Source: the human T2T-CHM13v2.0 reference genome, Homo sapiens. From it: a stretch of 64,000 bases of DNA. Where the stretch lies: assembly GCF_009914755.1 (NCBI RefSeq), contig NC_060925.1; one strand, 5' to 3'. The notes below the pieces were generated by a model, which saw only the letters and a program-made list of their open reading frames with translations, was not told where the DNA came from and ran no database searches. Position 1 is the first letter of the stretch. Each line of letters begins with the position of its first letter. Below, in pieces: positions 28,337 to 40,945 of this stretch. The translations under genes were made by a program, and so were the position numbers.

Positions 28337-30483
28337 GCAGTATACTTTCTTGGTACTCTGTGCCTCCAAAGGTCATAATTTGGCCCTGCCAGGAGGTTCT
28401 GGAAGTAGGAAGCATGAGCCTTTAACCCACCAAAAGGTCTCCATACCATGTGCATGATGATGTCCAGGAAGGTGACAGGGGATCATCTCCTGGCCCCAGG
28501 ACCAGCCTACCATGCCAGCTTGAGTTAGTGCTTTGATGATTCCCTGCTTGGAAGGGTGACATTCAAGGGTGTGTGTACTTTGCCTTCCTCAGATGGGACT
28601 TAATTATTTCCCAAGGCTCCCAATATCCTCAGGCCAAACACCCACATTCATCAGCATCTAGTTGCATCAACATCAATATCTGCCCAGGTATCTTAGCACC
28701 CACCTGCACCTCCTTCCACCTATTCATAGGACTGGGACTCTCCAGTTGGATTCAGGTCCTACAAGTTGAGATATTCTGGCAGAGTAGTGATTTTTCAATC
28801 CTGGTTTTATCTGATAATTAAAAAACAATCAACTGATTAAATGAAACTTTGGAATGGTGCCTAGACATGAATATTTTTTTAAAGATACCAGATGATGTCA
28901 ATCGCAATCAATGTAGAAAAGCCCTTGTGTTTAGAGTCTACTGTTGGCCAACTTGTTTGATTTTAAAAACCACTTGATGCACTTTAGAAATACAGATCCC
29001 CACGTCCTTCCCTTAGCTATTTCTATTTCACTGGAAGGAGCATCCTAAGTGATTCTTATGCTTAGGTCAGTTGGGGAAACCCTCCTCACTGATGGGGTTT
29101 GGATCCCAGAAACTCAAAGAATATTGTCTACTTCCCTACTAGACTTCATAAAGCTGGGACTTCATGCTTGACATTTGAGGGTCATTCAGCAAATATGTGT
29201 TAAACGAATGACTGACTGGCTACTTCAAAAATGAAGGAAATGATTAGGTTTTTCTAAGTCATGGAAGATTAATTTCTAATAACAGGTGTAGTTCAGACCC
29301 TAAGGAGAAGAAATGCACTTGACATCTATGATCCATCTACTATGTTCTAGCCACTACAGTAGTTGTTTTGCATAAGTAATCTCATTTAATAATAGGTCTA
29401 AAAACAAATTTTACAGGTAAGATACGCTGAGATTCATAAAGCCTTCAGAGTTACTGGATTTGCATCTTGGCTCTGCCACATTATTTGCCATGTAAACTTG
29501 AACAAGTGATTTATTCTTTGTGCTACAGCTTCCACATCTATAGACTACGTTTAATGACCTGGTCCTTGCACTGCTATTGTAAGAACTAGTGTCAAGTACC
29601 TAGAACATGGTCTGACACTCTGCAGAAGCTAATAAAATGGTAGCTATTTTTATTATTAGAAAACGTTCCTGATATCACACACATAGCTAGTAAGTAGTAG
29701 AGTCAGGATTTGAATCCAGGACTTCATGTTTCCAAACCTGTAATCTGTGGAGATCACTCTGCACTCTGGAGAAGGTGCTTTCAGAGGTGGACCAGGGACA
29801 AAGCAGGCATAGCTGAGCAAACAGAAGGGACCGGCAACTACACAGGGTTTAGATTCTCTGCAGAAAATTTTTAGCCATGAACTTGTTCCTTTGCCCCCCT
29901 CTACAGCCCAGGAGGCAATGATTGATAGGAGGGATAGCACATCCGTCTGAATCATCCCAGATTCCAATACTTTTCATTTTAAAATACGTCTGTGTCTTTT
30001 GATCATCCATACCCAGAGAAGCTCTACTTCTGGTGGAAGATAGGCAGTCGATCAGCTCAGATGTGTGAGACTATAGGGATCCAGTCAGTGTCTCTTCTAA
30101 GAGTCACCCTCTGATTTATAGAGTGTTCCACTAGTCTTGAGAAGCAATACAACAAAGTTCTCAAGGGACTGTACCCTGGCACATCAGACCTTCATGACAT
30201 GTTGGGAGAGTCACTCAAAGTTTTTCTGCCTCAATTTCCTTATCTAAGGTGTGTCCAGGTTTTTGTATAATCACCAATAATTTTAGCCTCCTCCCATGCC
30301 CCAACTCCTATAAAACATGAACTGTGCAGTCATTGTCACTGTTCAATAGCTCAAGATATAATTTGGTAAATATGTAAACCTGAAATCGAGTGTAAAAAAA
30401 TGAGGGGAGATAAAGCAATCACAAAGGCCAAGAATGTTGCTCCATTGAAGAAGTATGCCCTGTCCTTGGGCGCTCTCTCCCTG

Positions 30484-30484
<1 letters not shown>

Positions 30485-30557
<73 letters not shown>
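30485..30557. repeat. Compound (TC)n(AC)n microsatellite
   Basis: Direct reading of the sequence. Confidence 0.95.
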
Positions 30558-30561
<4 letters not shown>

Positions 30562-33500
30562 GAGAAGGAAAAAAGGAAACTCACAGTCAAAAGGAAAAAG
30601 TTTCAACTGATTTCAAGTGGAAGGAGAGGAAAGAATGAGACAAGCTAGCAAGAATTATTACGCTAGACGTATTTAGCTCATTCATCTTAAAGTGTTAGAA
30701 GCATCATTGCGTTTAATCTTTATAGCAACTTTGTGAAGTAGAATTTAAAGTTCTCCTTTTAAAGATAAGGACAGTAGCATGCAGAAAGGTTAGGCAACTT
30801 GCTCAAGGTCATCCAACTAATAAGGGCATAGCAAGGCTTTGAAACAACTGGGCAAGACATTAAGCCTGGGTGCTTTTATTTCTATATACCTCAAGCAAGA
30901 GAAGCCAGGTTTAATTTTTTATCCATCCCTTCAAGGACCAGAAATAAAAAGAGTGAGGGTGAGGGGCATGCTCTGTTCTTAAAGAGATGGTAGAAAGGAA
31001 AGGGAATTGAGCATCCCAGGTTTGGGTCTGATTCTGTCACTAAAGAGGCTGTGAAGCCTGGAGCGAGTTCCTTCCCCCACCACAGCAGTTCATTCCCTCT
31101 CTATTGGATGAGGGGCTGAGTAGAGTTTCTCTGGTGCTATGATTTCATGTCCTCCCTCCACCTCTGCACCCACATTTGCAAACTTAACTTTTCCTCCCTG
31201 CTGGGCCAAAGTGTTCAGGAGGCTCCTAACACCTGGGATCTGGTGTTTCTCCTTTTCCTGCCCTTTCTCAGATGAAGAGCTTGTGTGTTATAGAGACTTT
31301 TTAAAAATTATCATGGCCTGAATTGAGCAGCTGACACTCTGGGGGTCTCCCTAGCTTCTCAAGGTGATCAGAGAAAGGGAGGGGGTAAACCTGTTAATAC
31401 TGCATGTTTCTAAATGTTACCATGCTTTAAATATGCAATCCCCACAGGAAAAGGCCTGGAGTTCAAATTCTGCATGACCTTCTTTGCAGGGTCTGGGCTT
31501 TAGGGAAGTGTGGGGGAGAGAGTAATCTATGCTGGGAAAAGCCTGATCACTGATTAGACTTAGGGCCATCAATCTTCCTTGCTCTGGAAATGACTGATGA
31601 ACCTGAGGCACTGCTCAGAGTCAATGGAAGTTCCAGGGACAAATGAGAGCCAGTTTTCGATGTCAGAAGAGCAGCAGCTCCTGTGTCCTAGGTGGGGCTT
31701 TTCTGCAAGGCTGAGAAATCTGGGGTGCTGTTCTTACTGTCAGAAGCCACCCAGTTTCCCCTTGTCTTTATGTGGGAGTTTGTGGGGCCTGATTCAATAG
31801 CTAACCCAACCCCAGTGGCAGAGAAACAAAGTTTCTTCTGAGGGAAGATTAACGATTAACACAAGTCACTGTGGAAGCTTCAAATACACAGAGAGAAGAA
31901 TGTCAGAGACCAAGAGAAAGTTCCAGAGTCTGGAGCCCAAGCAGGCTTGGGTGGGGTGAAGGAAGCACATGTTGAGGCACGCAGGACTGTCCAGTAAGGA
32001 GCTGATAACCAGGGAGAAGGAAATTCCTTTGCATCCAGGGCTAAGGTCCAGGGAGGGCATGAGAACACACCAGCTTCAGAGGTGGCTTCAGATCATCCAG
32101 GGCCTGAGACAAGCTGGGTGACACCAGAGGACAGACAACTAGGCAGCAGGTTCCTGCAGGGCTGAGAATCCTACCAGACATAGCAACAGGTTCCAGCAGC
32201 CCCTGCTGTCAGGGCTCCTGGGTGGGGACTTCGTGAAGAAGGGGACCTGGGCACAAACCTAGAGGAGAGCTAAGTGAGGCAAGAGTCTTGGAGCTCAGGT
32301 GTCCTGGTGGGGCTGGCACCAGCCCGGAGCAAGGTGGGGCATTAAACTGTTTGACAGTGAGGCAGGTGGGTGGGGAGGGCAGCAGGTACACTGTGTACCG
32401 GAGCTTCTAGGCAGGTTTCAAAGTAGACTCTCAGCCTGTCTTTACAAATAACGCCATTCAGTCATTCATTCATTCAGTCAGCCAGCCAGCCAGCCAGCCA
32501 GGCAGTCGGTCTATAAATGCCAGTCACCAAGCAGCTTCTGCACGCCAGGCACTGTGTGAGGATGGAGATGGATAGGGACCAATGGCTGCATGGACACAGT
32601 GGGAGGCTGACCTTGGCCTCAGGTTCACTGGCTGTGGAGCCAGCAGGTGCTCCACAAACATTTAGGTGTGTGTTTGGGTAAAGGAGGGGTTAGATGAGGA
32701 GGAGGAACCATCTGAACACCTGAGTTTTAAGGATGATTTGGATTTTCCAAAGGCCACACCTAGTAACAGTTTGTGTTTTGAGTGCAGCTCTGAATCAGAG
32801 ACCTCAGTTTTATGGCAATTGCCTATGGAAAGATTGAGGGAACCCCTGTTCTTGTGTCCCCAGGAAAGAGAAGTTCCTTGGCAGGGCAGAATCTGACCAT
32901 CGTGGAGTGAAGGCAAGCATGTGCAGGTGCTCAGGGGCTTATCACCTACTGCCTCCCCCAGTGCCTTCACCTCAGCTGTGTCACGATGTCACTCTGAGAG
33001 CTCCCCTAGAGCGAAAGCAACTCAGGATCGAAGCAGACATTTTAGTTTTGGCTTTTCCCTTCCTCTCTCCGACCCTGGTGCCCTGAGTAATGATAAACTG
33101 AACCTTATTTTCACCTATTCTAATTCATGCCCTTCTTACTTTAGCAGAGCTAGAAACACCCACTGTTTAGAGCCACTCAAATATTAAGCATCTTTATTTC
33201 TACTTAAAGGGATTTATCTTAGCACCGATTAAGGCTTACCCACAAGGCAAGGCTCTTTCTGTGTCCTCACGCTGCCACTCCTAAAACTTTCCAGAACTAC
33301 AAGTGACCCAGCTCTCAGTCAGGAAGGGCTCCCCTTTCCACCTCTAATCAATTTTCTGCCTGGGCTTAATTTCCTCCATAGACATTAGGGAGTCACAAGG
33401 AATTAAAACAAAAGAGAACACAGGATTTCTGTGTAAAATTCTTTTCTTCCTAGGGTTTGTTTTTTTGACCTTGGTGAGTTATTTCACCTCTGGTGGCCTC

Positions 33501-34544
33501 AGATTCCCCAATCATCCCTTGAGGAGTGTGAACTAAAGGCTCTCTGAGATCCATAATCTCAGTGGCTCTCAACTGTGCTCTGTCTCTTACCCTGGGGAGT
33601 TCATGATCTGTAGAGGAAAAGTGGGCTTCCTCATCAGAGAGCTCCTAGAATGACAGGCATGATGGGCATATGTTAGGCTCCCCACTGAGATTTGTTGAAT
33701 AAATGAGGAAACAAACACTGTGGTGGGGACACCGTTGCTTTAAGCAGGAACAGCTCTGACCCTCGGAAAGCCCCCAGGAGATACAGACCCAGAAGGAGGA
33801 GGAAAACCTTGCAGCCAGCAGGATCTCTAGGTATTGGGGCTGGAGCTGGCAGTGGGCAAAAGTGGAGAAGGATTCAGCATTGAGGACCCCATGGATGGGC
33901 TGCAGGGAGGCAGGTAGAAAAGGCTTTTGGGTTTTCAGGTGGGGGGCAGTCTAGCCTGATCAGAAAGGAGGAAAAGGCCAGGGCCAGATGTCTGGGTGGA
34001 GTGAAGGGAAAAAGTGATCCCAGAAGAAGGATTAGCCCCTGAAAGTCCCTGAAGTAGGAGAAGGGTAAAGGTGTGGTTGGTGAAGGAAAGCAGGTTTTCC
34101 CAGATTAGCAACCAGTCAGGGGGAGGAAGGTGAGAGTGGGAGAGTCATAAGTAAATTATTCTGAATGTGTGTAGTTTAATGGAATTGGGAAAAAGATGGG
34201 GGAAATGGATGGAAGGGTCTTGGACTCTGAGACAAGGGGTCTATAATCAGTCCATTTCATTATTTCTAGCTTCCACCTTCACCAAGGCAGACAAGGAGGG
34301 CCCACCTCAGCTCCTCTGCTCCCCCTCCCTTTCCCACCTATTCATGTGTGCAAGAGTGCCCTGTCCCACAGAACACGGGGAACAACCATCTCAATGACAA
34401 GGACAGCAGGTGGCAAGGCCTCAACAGGACTCAGATGTCCCCCCAGGGTTAACTCATGAAACCCTCCATGAAGCCTGCTGCTCACCCCTCCCTCAAGGCA
34501 AGCCCTGCACCTGGGTCTGAGGATGAGGGTGGCAGTGAAAATTA

Positions 34545-34791
34545 GGCCAGTGACATCATTTTCAGCCAGCTAGTGCCAAAAAATATCAGGTGGTGTTCAT
34601 CAAATAAGCCGAGCCAACCGGTGATGAGGATGGTAGTGTGAGTCATGTGTGACAGGTGAGGAATGAAAACAGAGTGCCCGAGAGCTTCTATTTCCTTGAG
34701 GCAGGGCTCATTCATCTTATAAAAGCCAGCTGGCCATTGCCTTCACACCAAACCCAAGGGACCACACAGCCCATTCTGCTCCGTATACCAG
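34545..34791 (+). promoter_or_regulatory. SPRR1A: SPRR1A promoter and non-coding exon 1
   Basis: TGACATCA at 34551-34558, AACCGGTG at 34616-34623, AP-1 TGAGTCA at 34639-34645, Ets-type ATTTCCT at ~34690-34696, TATAAAA at 34718-34724, donor ccag|GTAAGT at 34791/34792. Confidence 0.9.
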
Positions 34792-35896
34792 GTAAGTCTC
34801 TGATTGCAACAAACTGGCAATTCTAGTGTACTTTTTCATTATTAGAAATTAGCTAAAGGCAAATATGTGTAAGCAGGTTAATCCAGGGTTTCAATGGGAG
34901 ATAGAGAATAGTGGAATATCTTTATTTTAAGTTAAATTACAGTCTGGATTTGAAAGGACCTTAGAGATGGTTAGGGCTCCCACCTCAGTAGATAGTCATT
35001 GAACTGGGAGTCCTGGAGAAGATTGTTCAAATGCCCATGGGAAGTTCATAGCAGAACTAGAACTCAGGCCCAGAGCACTCTCAGTAACACTGCAATTTCC
35101 CCCTGACAAGATATTTATAGAAATTTTAATTTATTAGATGGATCTCTACTGAGCATTTATTCCATTTAAGGCAGTATGCTAGGCACTTTGGACAAATCAA
35201 TGCCTAACGTACTTACTTAACAAACATAAAACCTAGCAGGAAGGTAATACATATATATAAATAAATGAAATGCAAAGTAGATAGTAATTGGCATGACGGA
35301 GATGGGCAGAGAAGGGCTGTGCACTTTTGGGAGACCTTGCTCAAGGAGACCCTCCTAGGGGTGTCAAGTGATGTGAGCTATGATGGAGGGGTATTTGGAC
35401 AAGCAGAGATGGGAAGAAAAGCATTTGGAAGGGACTGTGTAAGCACAGACCAGAAGCAAAACCATAGAGGCTTAGATGAATATAAAGCCATCCTATAAGT
35501 CACAGGCTTTCTACATGGTACTAGGAGAGGAAAGTGGTCTGATGCCATTTTCCAAAAGACCTAATATGCGGACCTCATGTCCCTCAGAAGCCAGCTTTAG
35601 TAGGGCATTTTTCCAGAACAGATATAAGGTGCCTTGGGTAGGAAGGGAGCCAAGAAGAGAACTCCAATAAAATGGAGCAGAAGAAATTGCCTTTTAGCTC
35701 CTCCTCTTCAAAGGGCCTGAAAATTATCCAAGCTTATTTCATTTTTAAATGTAATGGGGGAGCTAAGGGAGATGAAAGGCTTTCTCTTCTAAAGGGTCCT
35801 GAAATAAAATCTGTTTGGCATTGAATTTGTATCCATCTTTCTTTAATTGAATCACTGTGTCAGCTTTCTGTCTCTAGAAAAAAACACATTTGAAGC

Positions 35897-36166
35897 ATGA
35901 ATTCTCAGCAGCAGAAGCAGCCTTGCACCCCACCCCCTCAGCCTCAGCAGCAGCAGGTGAAACAACCTTGCCAGCCTCCACCCCAGGAACCATGCATCCC
36001 CAAAACCAAGGAGCCCTGCCAACCCAAGGTGCCTGAGCCCTGCCACCCCAAAGTGCCTGAGCCCTGCCAGCCCAAGATTCCAGAGCCCTGCCAGCCCAAG
36101 GTGCCTGAGCCCTGCCCTTCAACGGTCACTCCAGCACCAGCCCAGCAGAAGACCAAGCAGAAGTAA
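35897..36166 (+). CDS. SPRR1A: Cornifin-A / small proline-rich protein 1A, 89 aa
   Basis: MNSQQQKQPCTPPPQPQQQQVKQPCQPPP, octamer PKVPEPCx repeats, QQKTKQK tail. The MNS...PQPQQ start distinguishes it from SPRR1B. Acceptor tctctAG at 35876-35877. Confidence 0.97.
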   Translation: MNSQQQKQPCTPPPQPQQQQVKQPCQPPPQEPCIPKTKEPCQPKVPEPCHPKVPEPCQPKIPEPCQPKVPEPCPSTVTPAPAQQKTKQK

Positions 36167-36459
36167 TGTGGTCCACAGCCATGCCCTTGAGGAGCTGGCC
36201 ACTGGATACTGAACACCCTACTCCATTCTGCTTATGAATCCCATTTGCCTATTGACCCTGCAGTTAGCATGCTGTCACCCTGAATCATAATCGCTCCTTT
36301 GCACCTCTAAAAAGATGTCCCTTACCCTCATTCTGGAGGGCTCCTGAGCCTCTGCGTAAGGCTGAACGTCTCACTGACTGAGCTAGTCTTCTTGTTGCTC
36401 GGGTGCATTTGAGGATGGATTTGGGGAGGGATCAAGTGAACCATCCCTAGTCTTCCCTC

Positions 36460-36465
36460 AATAAA
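36460..36465 (+). terminator. SPRR1A: SPRR1A polyadenylation signal
   Basis: AATAAA about 295 nt after the stop codon, followed by a GT-rich element. Confidence 0.8.
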
Positions 36466-37394
36466 TAACTTTTAACTCCACATCTGGCTGTGCGTCACTG
36501 GTTGATTCAACCTCTGTTGCCTTCTCAGCGTGAAGTAGGAACTAACACTGTGAAGGCTGGTTGTGAGGTCTGTAGTCAGAAGGTGGCCGATCCTGACACT
36601 GAGAATGTGTGTGAATGTGTATGGCTGCTGTACACACAGGACACTCCTGGGCTGGAAGTGGGAGTATGTTCAGGGCCACCAACCCAATCTGTTACTTTGG
36701 GTAGGCAGAGCTAGAGCAAGGCTTTTTTCTTTTACCTTAATGTTTATATCTTAATGACTTGCAGTGAGTCACACGTGAGTGTAGATGGTGCCCGCTTCAA
36801 GCCATCATCATCTTTGTTTAGTTGATTCCTTTTTAAAAATTATTCCAAAGAAACAGTGCTTGTGCATAGTCCAGCCTAGTGATCTGTTCTGCACTCATCT
36901 TCCTTTTCTGATGCCCCCAACACATGGAGCCAAGCACTTGAACACTCACACCATACCCACAAACACATATTCACTCCCACACTCCCACACAGGGATATAC
37001 TCGCATGCACAGACATTCAAACACACACATACATACGTAGATCTCCAAAATCCCAACACTCACACACACACACTCCTTCACACACTTGGATCTCCCAAAC
37101 CACCCAACACTGACATACACACACACATGCACTTTCTCTCTCTCTCTCTGTCTCTCTCTCCCTCTCTCTAACTTAATCACCTTAGTCCTATGTTTTTTCA
37201 TCGAGTGCCTGCTGTGAAGATACCTGATGCTGCAGCAGGAAGAAGGAGAGTTGAATCCATACCACCTGCCCTAGAAGAACCCTAAGAGAGGTGATCTTCA
37301 GTCTCCTTCCCATACAAACATAAGCTCTCAAAAAAGTACACACATGCTCCTCTCTCCACACACACATGCATGAGCACGCACACACTGTACTTTT

Positions 37395-40300
37395 GTAAGA
37401 CATAAAAGTTGAATATTTTATCCAATAACTGCCGAATAGACACATTTGTCATATCAGCACATAAAATATTACAGACCACATGTTATACCACAAACAAATC
37501 TCAACAAATTTTAAAAATCAAAACCATATCAAGGATATTTTCTTACAACAATAAAATAAAACTAGAAATCAATAAATAATAAGAAAAACTTTAGAATTTT
37601 TGCAAATATATGGAAATTAAACAATATGCTCCTGAATGATCAATGGGTCAATGAAGAAATGAAAAAAAAATTTTAATTTAAAAATTAAAAATTTTTTGAA
37701 ACAAATAAAAATAGAAATACAAGATACCAAAACCTGTAAAACATAGCAAAAGCAATAGTAAGAGGAAAGGGGTTTTTTTTTTTAGCAATAAATGCCTACA
37801 TCAAAAAAAGAAAAAAAAAAGCTTTAAATGAAGAACTTAATATGCATACCAAAGAACTAGTAAGCAAGAACAAACCAAACCCCAAAAAAAAATAAAGATA
37901 GAGCAGAAATAAATAAAATAAAAACTAAAAAGCTTTACAAAAGATTAATGAAACAAAAAGTGGATTTTTTTGAGAGAAGACTCAAATAAATAAAATCACA
38001 ATTGATAAAAGAGACATTACAACTGATATCACAGAAATGCAAAACATCCTAAGAGACTATTATAAATAGCAATACACAAACAAATGGAAAACCTAGAGGA
38101 AATGAATAAATTCCTGGGCACATACAGCATACCAAGATTGAACCAAGATCAAACAGAAACCTTGAATAGACCAATAATGAGTAATGAGATTGAAGTAGCT
38201 CTAAAAAGTTTCCCAACTAAGAAAAGCCCAATGCTAAATGGAATTACTGATGAATTCTACCAAATACTTAAAGAAGAACTAATACTAATTCTTCTCAAAC
38301 TATTTCAGAAAATTGGAGAGAGAATTCTTCTAAAATCATTCTGTAAGGCTAGCATTATACTAATATGAAAATAAGACTAGAACATGAAAAAAACAGAAAA
38401 CTGCAGGCCAAAATCCCTAATGAACATAGATGCAAGTCCTTAAAAATGCTAGCAAACCAAATTCAACAGCACACTAAAAAGATCATCTACTATGATCAAG
38501 TGAGATTCATTCCAGGGATGCAAGGATGGTTCAACATATGCAAAACAATAAATGTAATACATCATATTAACAGAAAGAAAGACAAAAAACTTATGATCAT
38601 TTCAATAGACACAGAAAAAAAAATTTCACAAAATTCAACATATTTTAATAGTGAAAATTCTCTACAAATTAGGTATAGAAGGTACATACCTCAATGCAAT
38701 AAAGTCCATATGTGACAAACCCACAGCTAACATCATACAGAATGGGGAAAAGCTGAAAGCTTTTTCTCTAAGATCTGGAACAAGACAAGGATGCCCACCC
38801 TCACCACTTCTATTAAACATAATACTGGAAGTCCTAGCTAGAGCACTGAGGTAAGAGAAAGAAATAAAAGCCATCCAAAATGGAAAGAAGGAAGTCAGGT
38901 TATCCCTGTTTGCAGATGACATGATCATATATAGTGAAAAACCTAAAGATTCCACCAAAACACTCTATGAACTGATAAATGAACAGTAAAGTCACAGGAT
39001 ACAAAATAAACATGCAAAAATCAGTAGCATTTCTATACATCAATACTGAGCTACCTGGAAAAGAAATCAAGAAAACAATCCCATTTAAAATAGCCATAAC
39101 AGTGCCTAGGAATAAATTTAACAAAGGAAGAGAAAGGTCTATAAAATGAAAATTGTATTGCTCTGATGAAAGAAATGAGAGGAGGATACAGTAAAATGGA
39201 AAGATATCTTATGTTCATGGACTAGAAGAATTAATATTGTTAAAATGACCATACCACCCAGAGCAATCGATAGATTCAATACAATCCTTCTCGAAAGTCC
39301 ATGATATTTTCAAAGAAATAGAAAAAACAATCCTTAAATTCACATGGAATCACAGAAGACCCAAAATTGTCAAAGCAATATTGAACAAAAAGAACAAACC
39401 TTGAAGCATCACACTACCTTACTTCAAAATATGCTACAAAGCTATAGTAACAAAAAAAGGCATGGTATTGGCAGAAAAAAACAAACACTAAAACCAATGT
39501 AACAGATAAAGCACTCATAAATAAATCCACGTATTCACATCCAACTGGCTCTCAAAAATGGCCCCAAGAACATAAACTGGGGAAAAGACAATCTCTTCAA
39601 TAAATTATCTGGGAAAACATGGCATCCATACGCAGAGGAATGAAAATAGATTCCTGTCTTTCACCACATACAAAAATCAACTCAAGATGGATTAAAAACT
39701 TAAATATAATATGAAACTACAAGAAGAAAACATTGGGGAAATGCTGCAGGACATTGGTGTGGACAAAGATTTTTGGAGAAGAACTCAAAAGCATAGGCAA
39801 CAAAAGCAAAAATAGACAAATGGAATTATATCAAGCTAAAAAGCTTTTGAGCAGCAAAGAAAGCAATTAACAAAATGAAGAGTCAGCCTACAGAATGGGA
39901 GGAAATATTTGCAGACTATCCATCCAACAAGAGATTAATAACCAGAATACATAAGAAGCTCAAACTATTTGATAGCAAAAAAAATTGATTTGAGCAAAAG
40001 ACATGAGCAGACATTTCACAAAGGAAGACATACAAATGGCCCAAAAGATATATTTAAAAATGCTCAGTGCCACTAATCATCAGGAAAATGCAAATCAAAA
40101 CCACAATGATATATTATTTCAAACCAGTTAGAATGGCTATTATCAAAAAGACAAAAAAAATGCTTCCGACGATGAAAATAAAGACAAGCACTAGTACACT
40201 GTTAGTGGAATGTAAATTAGTACAGCCACTACGGAAAACAGTATGGCAGGTCCTCAAAACACTAAAAATAAAACTACCAGACCCACTTCTTGGTATATAT

Positions 40301-40945
40301 CCAAAAGAAAGGAAATCAGTATATTGAAGAGGTCTCTGCACTCCCTTGTTTATAGCAACACTACCCACAATAGCCAAGATATGGAATCAACCTGTGTCCA
40401 TCAACAGATGAATATATAAGGAAAATATTGCATATATACACAATGGAACATTATTCAACCACAAAATAATACTTAAATCCTATCATTTGAAACAAAATAG
40501 TTGAGCCTGGAGGACATTACCTTTAGTGAATAAGCCAGGCACAGAAAGATGTATTTCACATGTTCTCACTCATAGGTGAAAGCTAAATAAGTTTATCTCA
40601 TAGAAGTAGAGACTAGAATAGTGGTAACTAGAGGCTGGGAAGGGTGGGGGAGAGGGAGGATAGGGAGATGTTGGCTAATAGATTCAAAAATATAGCTAAA
40701 TTGATGGAATAAATTCGATTGTTCTATAGCACTGTAGGGTAACCATAGTTAACAATTATTTATTCTATATTTTCAAATAGCTGGAAGAGAGGATTTTGAA
40801 TGTTCACACAAAGAAATGATGTTTGAGGTGATACATGTACTAATTATTCTGATTTTATCATTATATATTGCATACATGTATCACAATATCACACTGTATC
40901 TAATAAATATGTACATTTATATCAATTAAAAATAATTTTTTAAAA
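37395..40945 (+). mobile_element. 5'-truncated L1MA-type LINE-1 (~3.5 kb, degenerate ORF2 plus 3'UTR)
   Basis: Frameshifted ORF2 fragments (38084-38368, 38651-38854, 40067-40327), an L1MA-type 3'UTR and an A-rich tail. Confidence 0.88.

Noticed and set aside
32100-32400. Minus-strand acceptor-like site followed by PTQEP*QQ and GTCC motifs
   Set aside because: Too little similarity to SPRR or LCE proteins, and no consistent reading frame.
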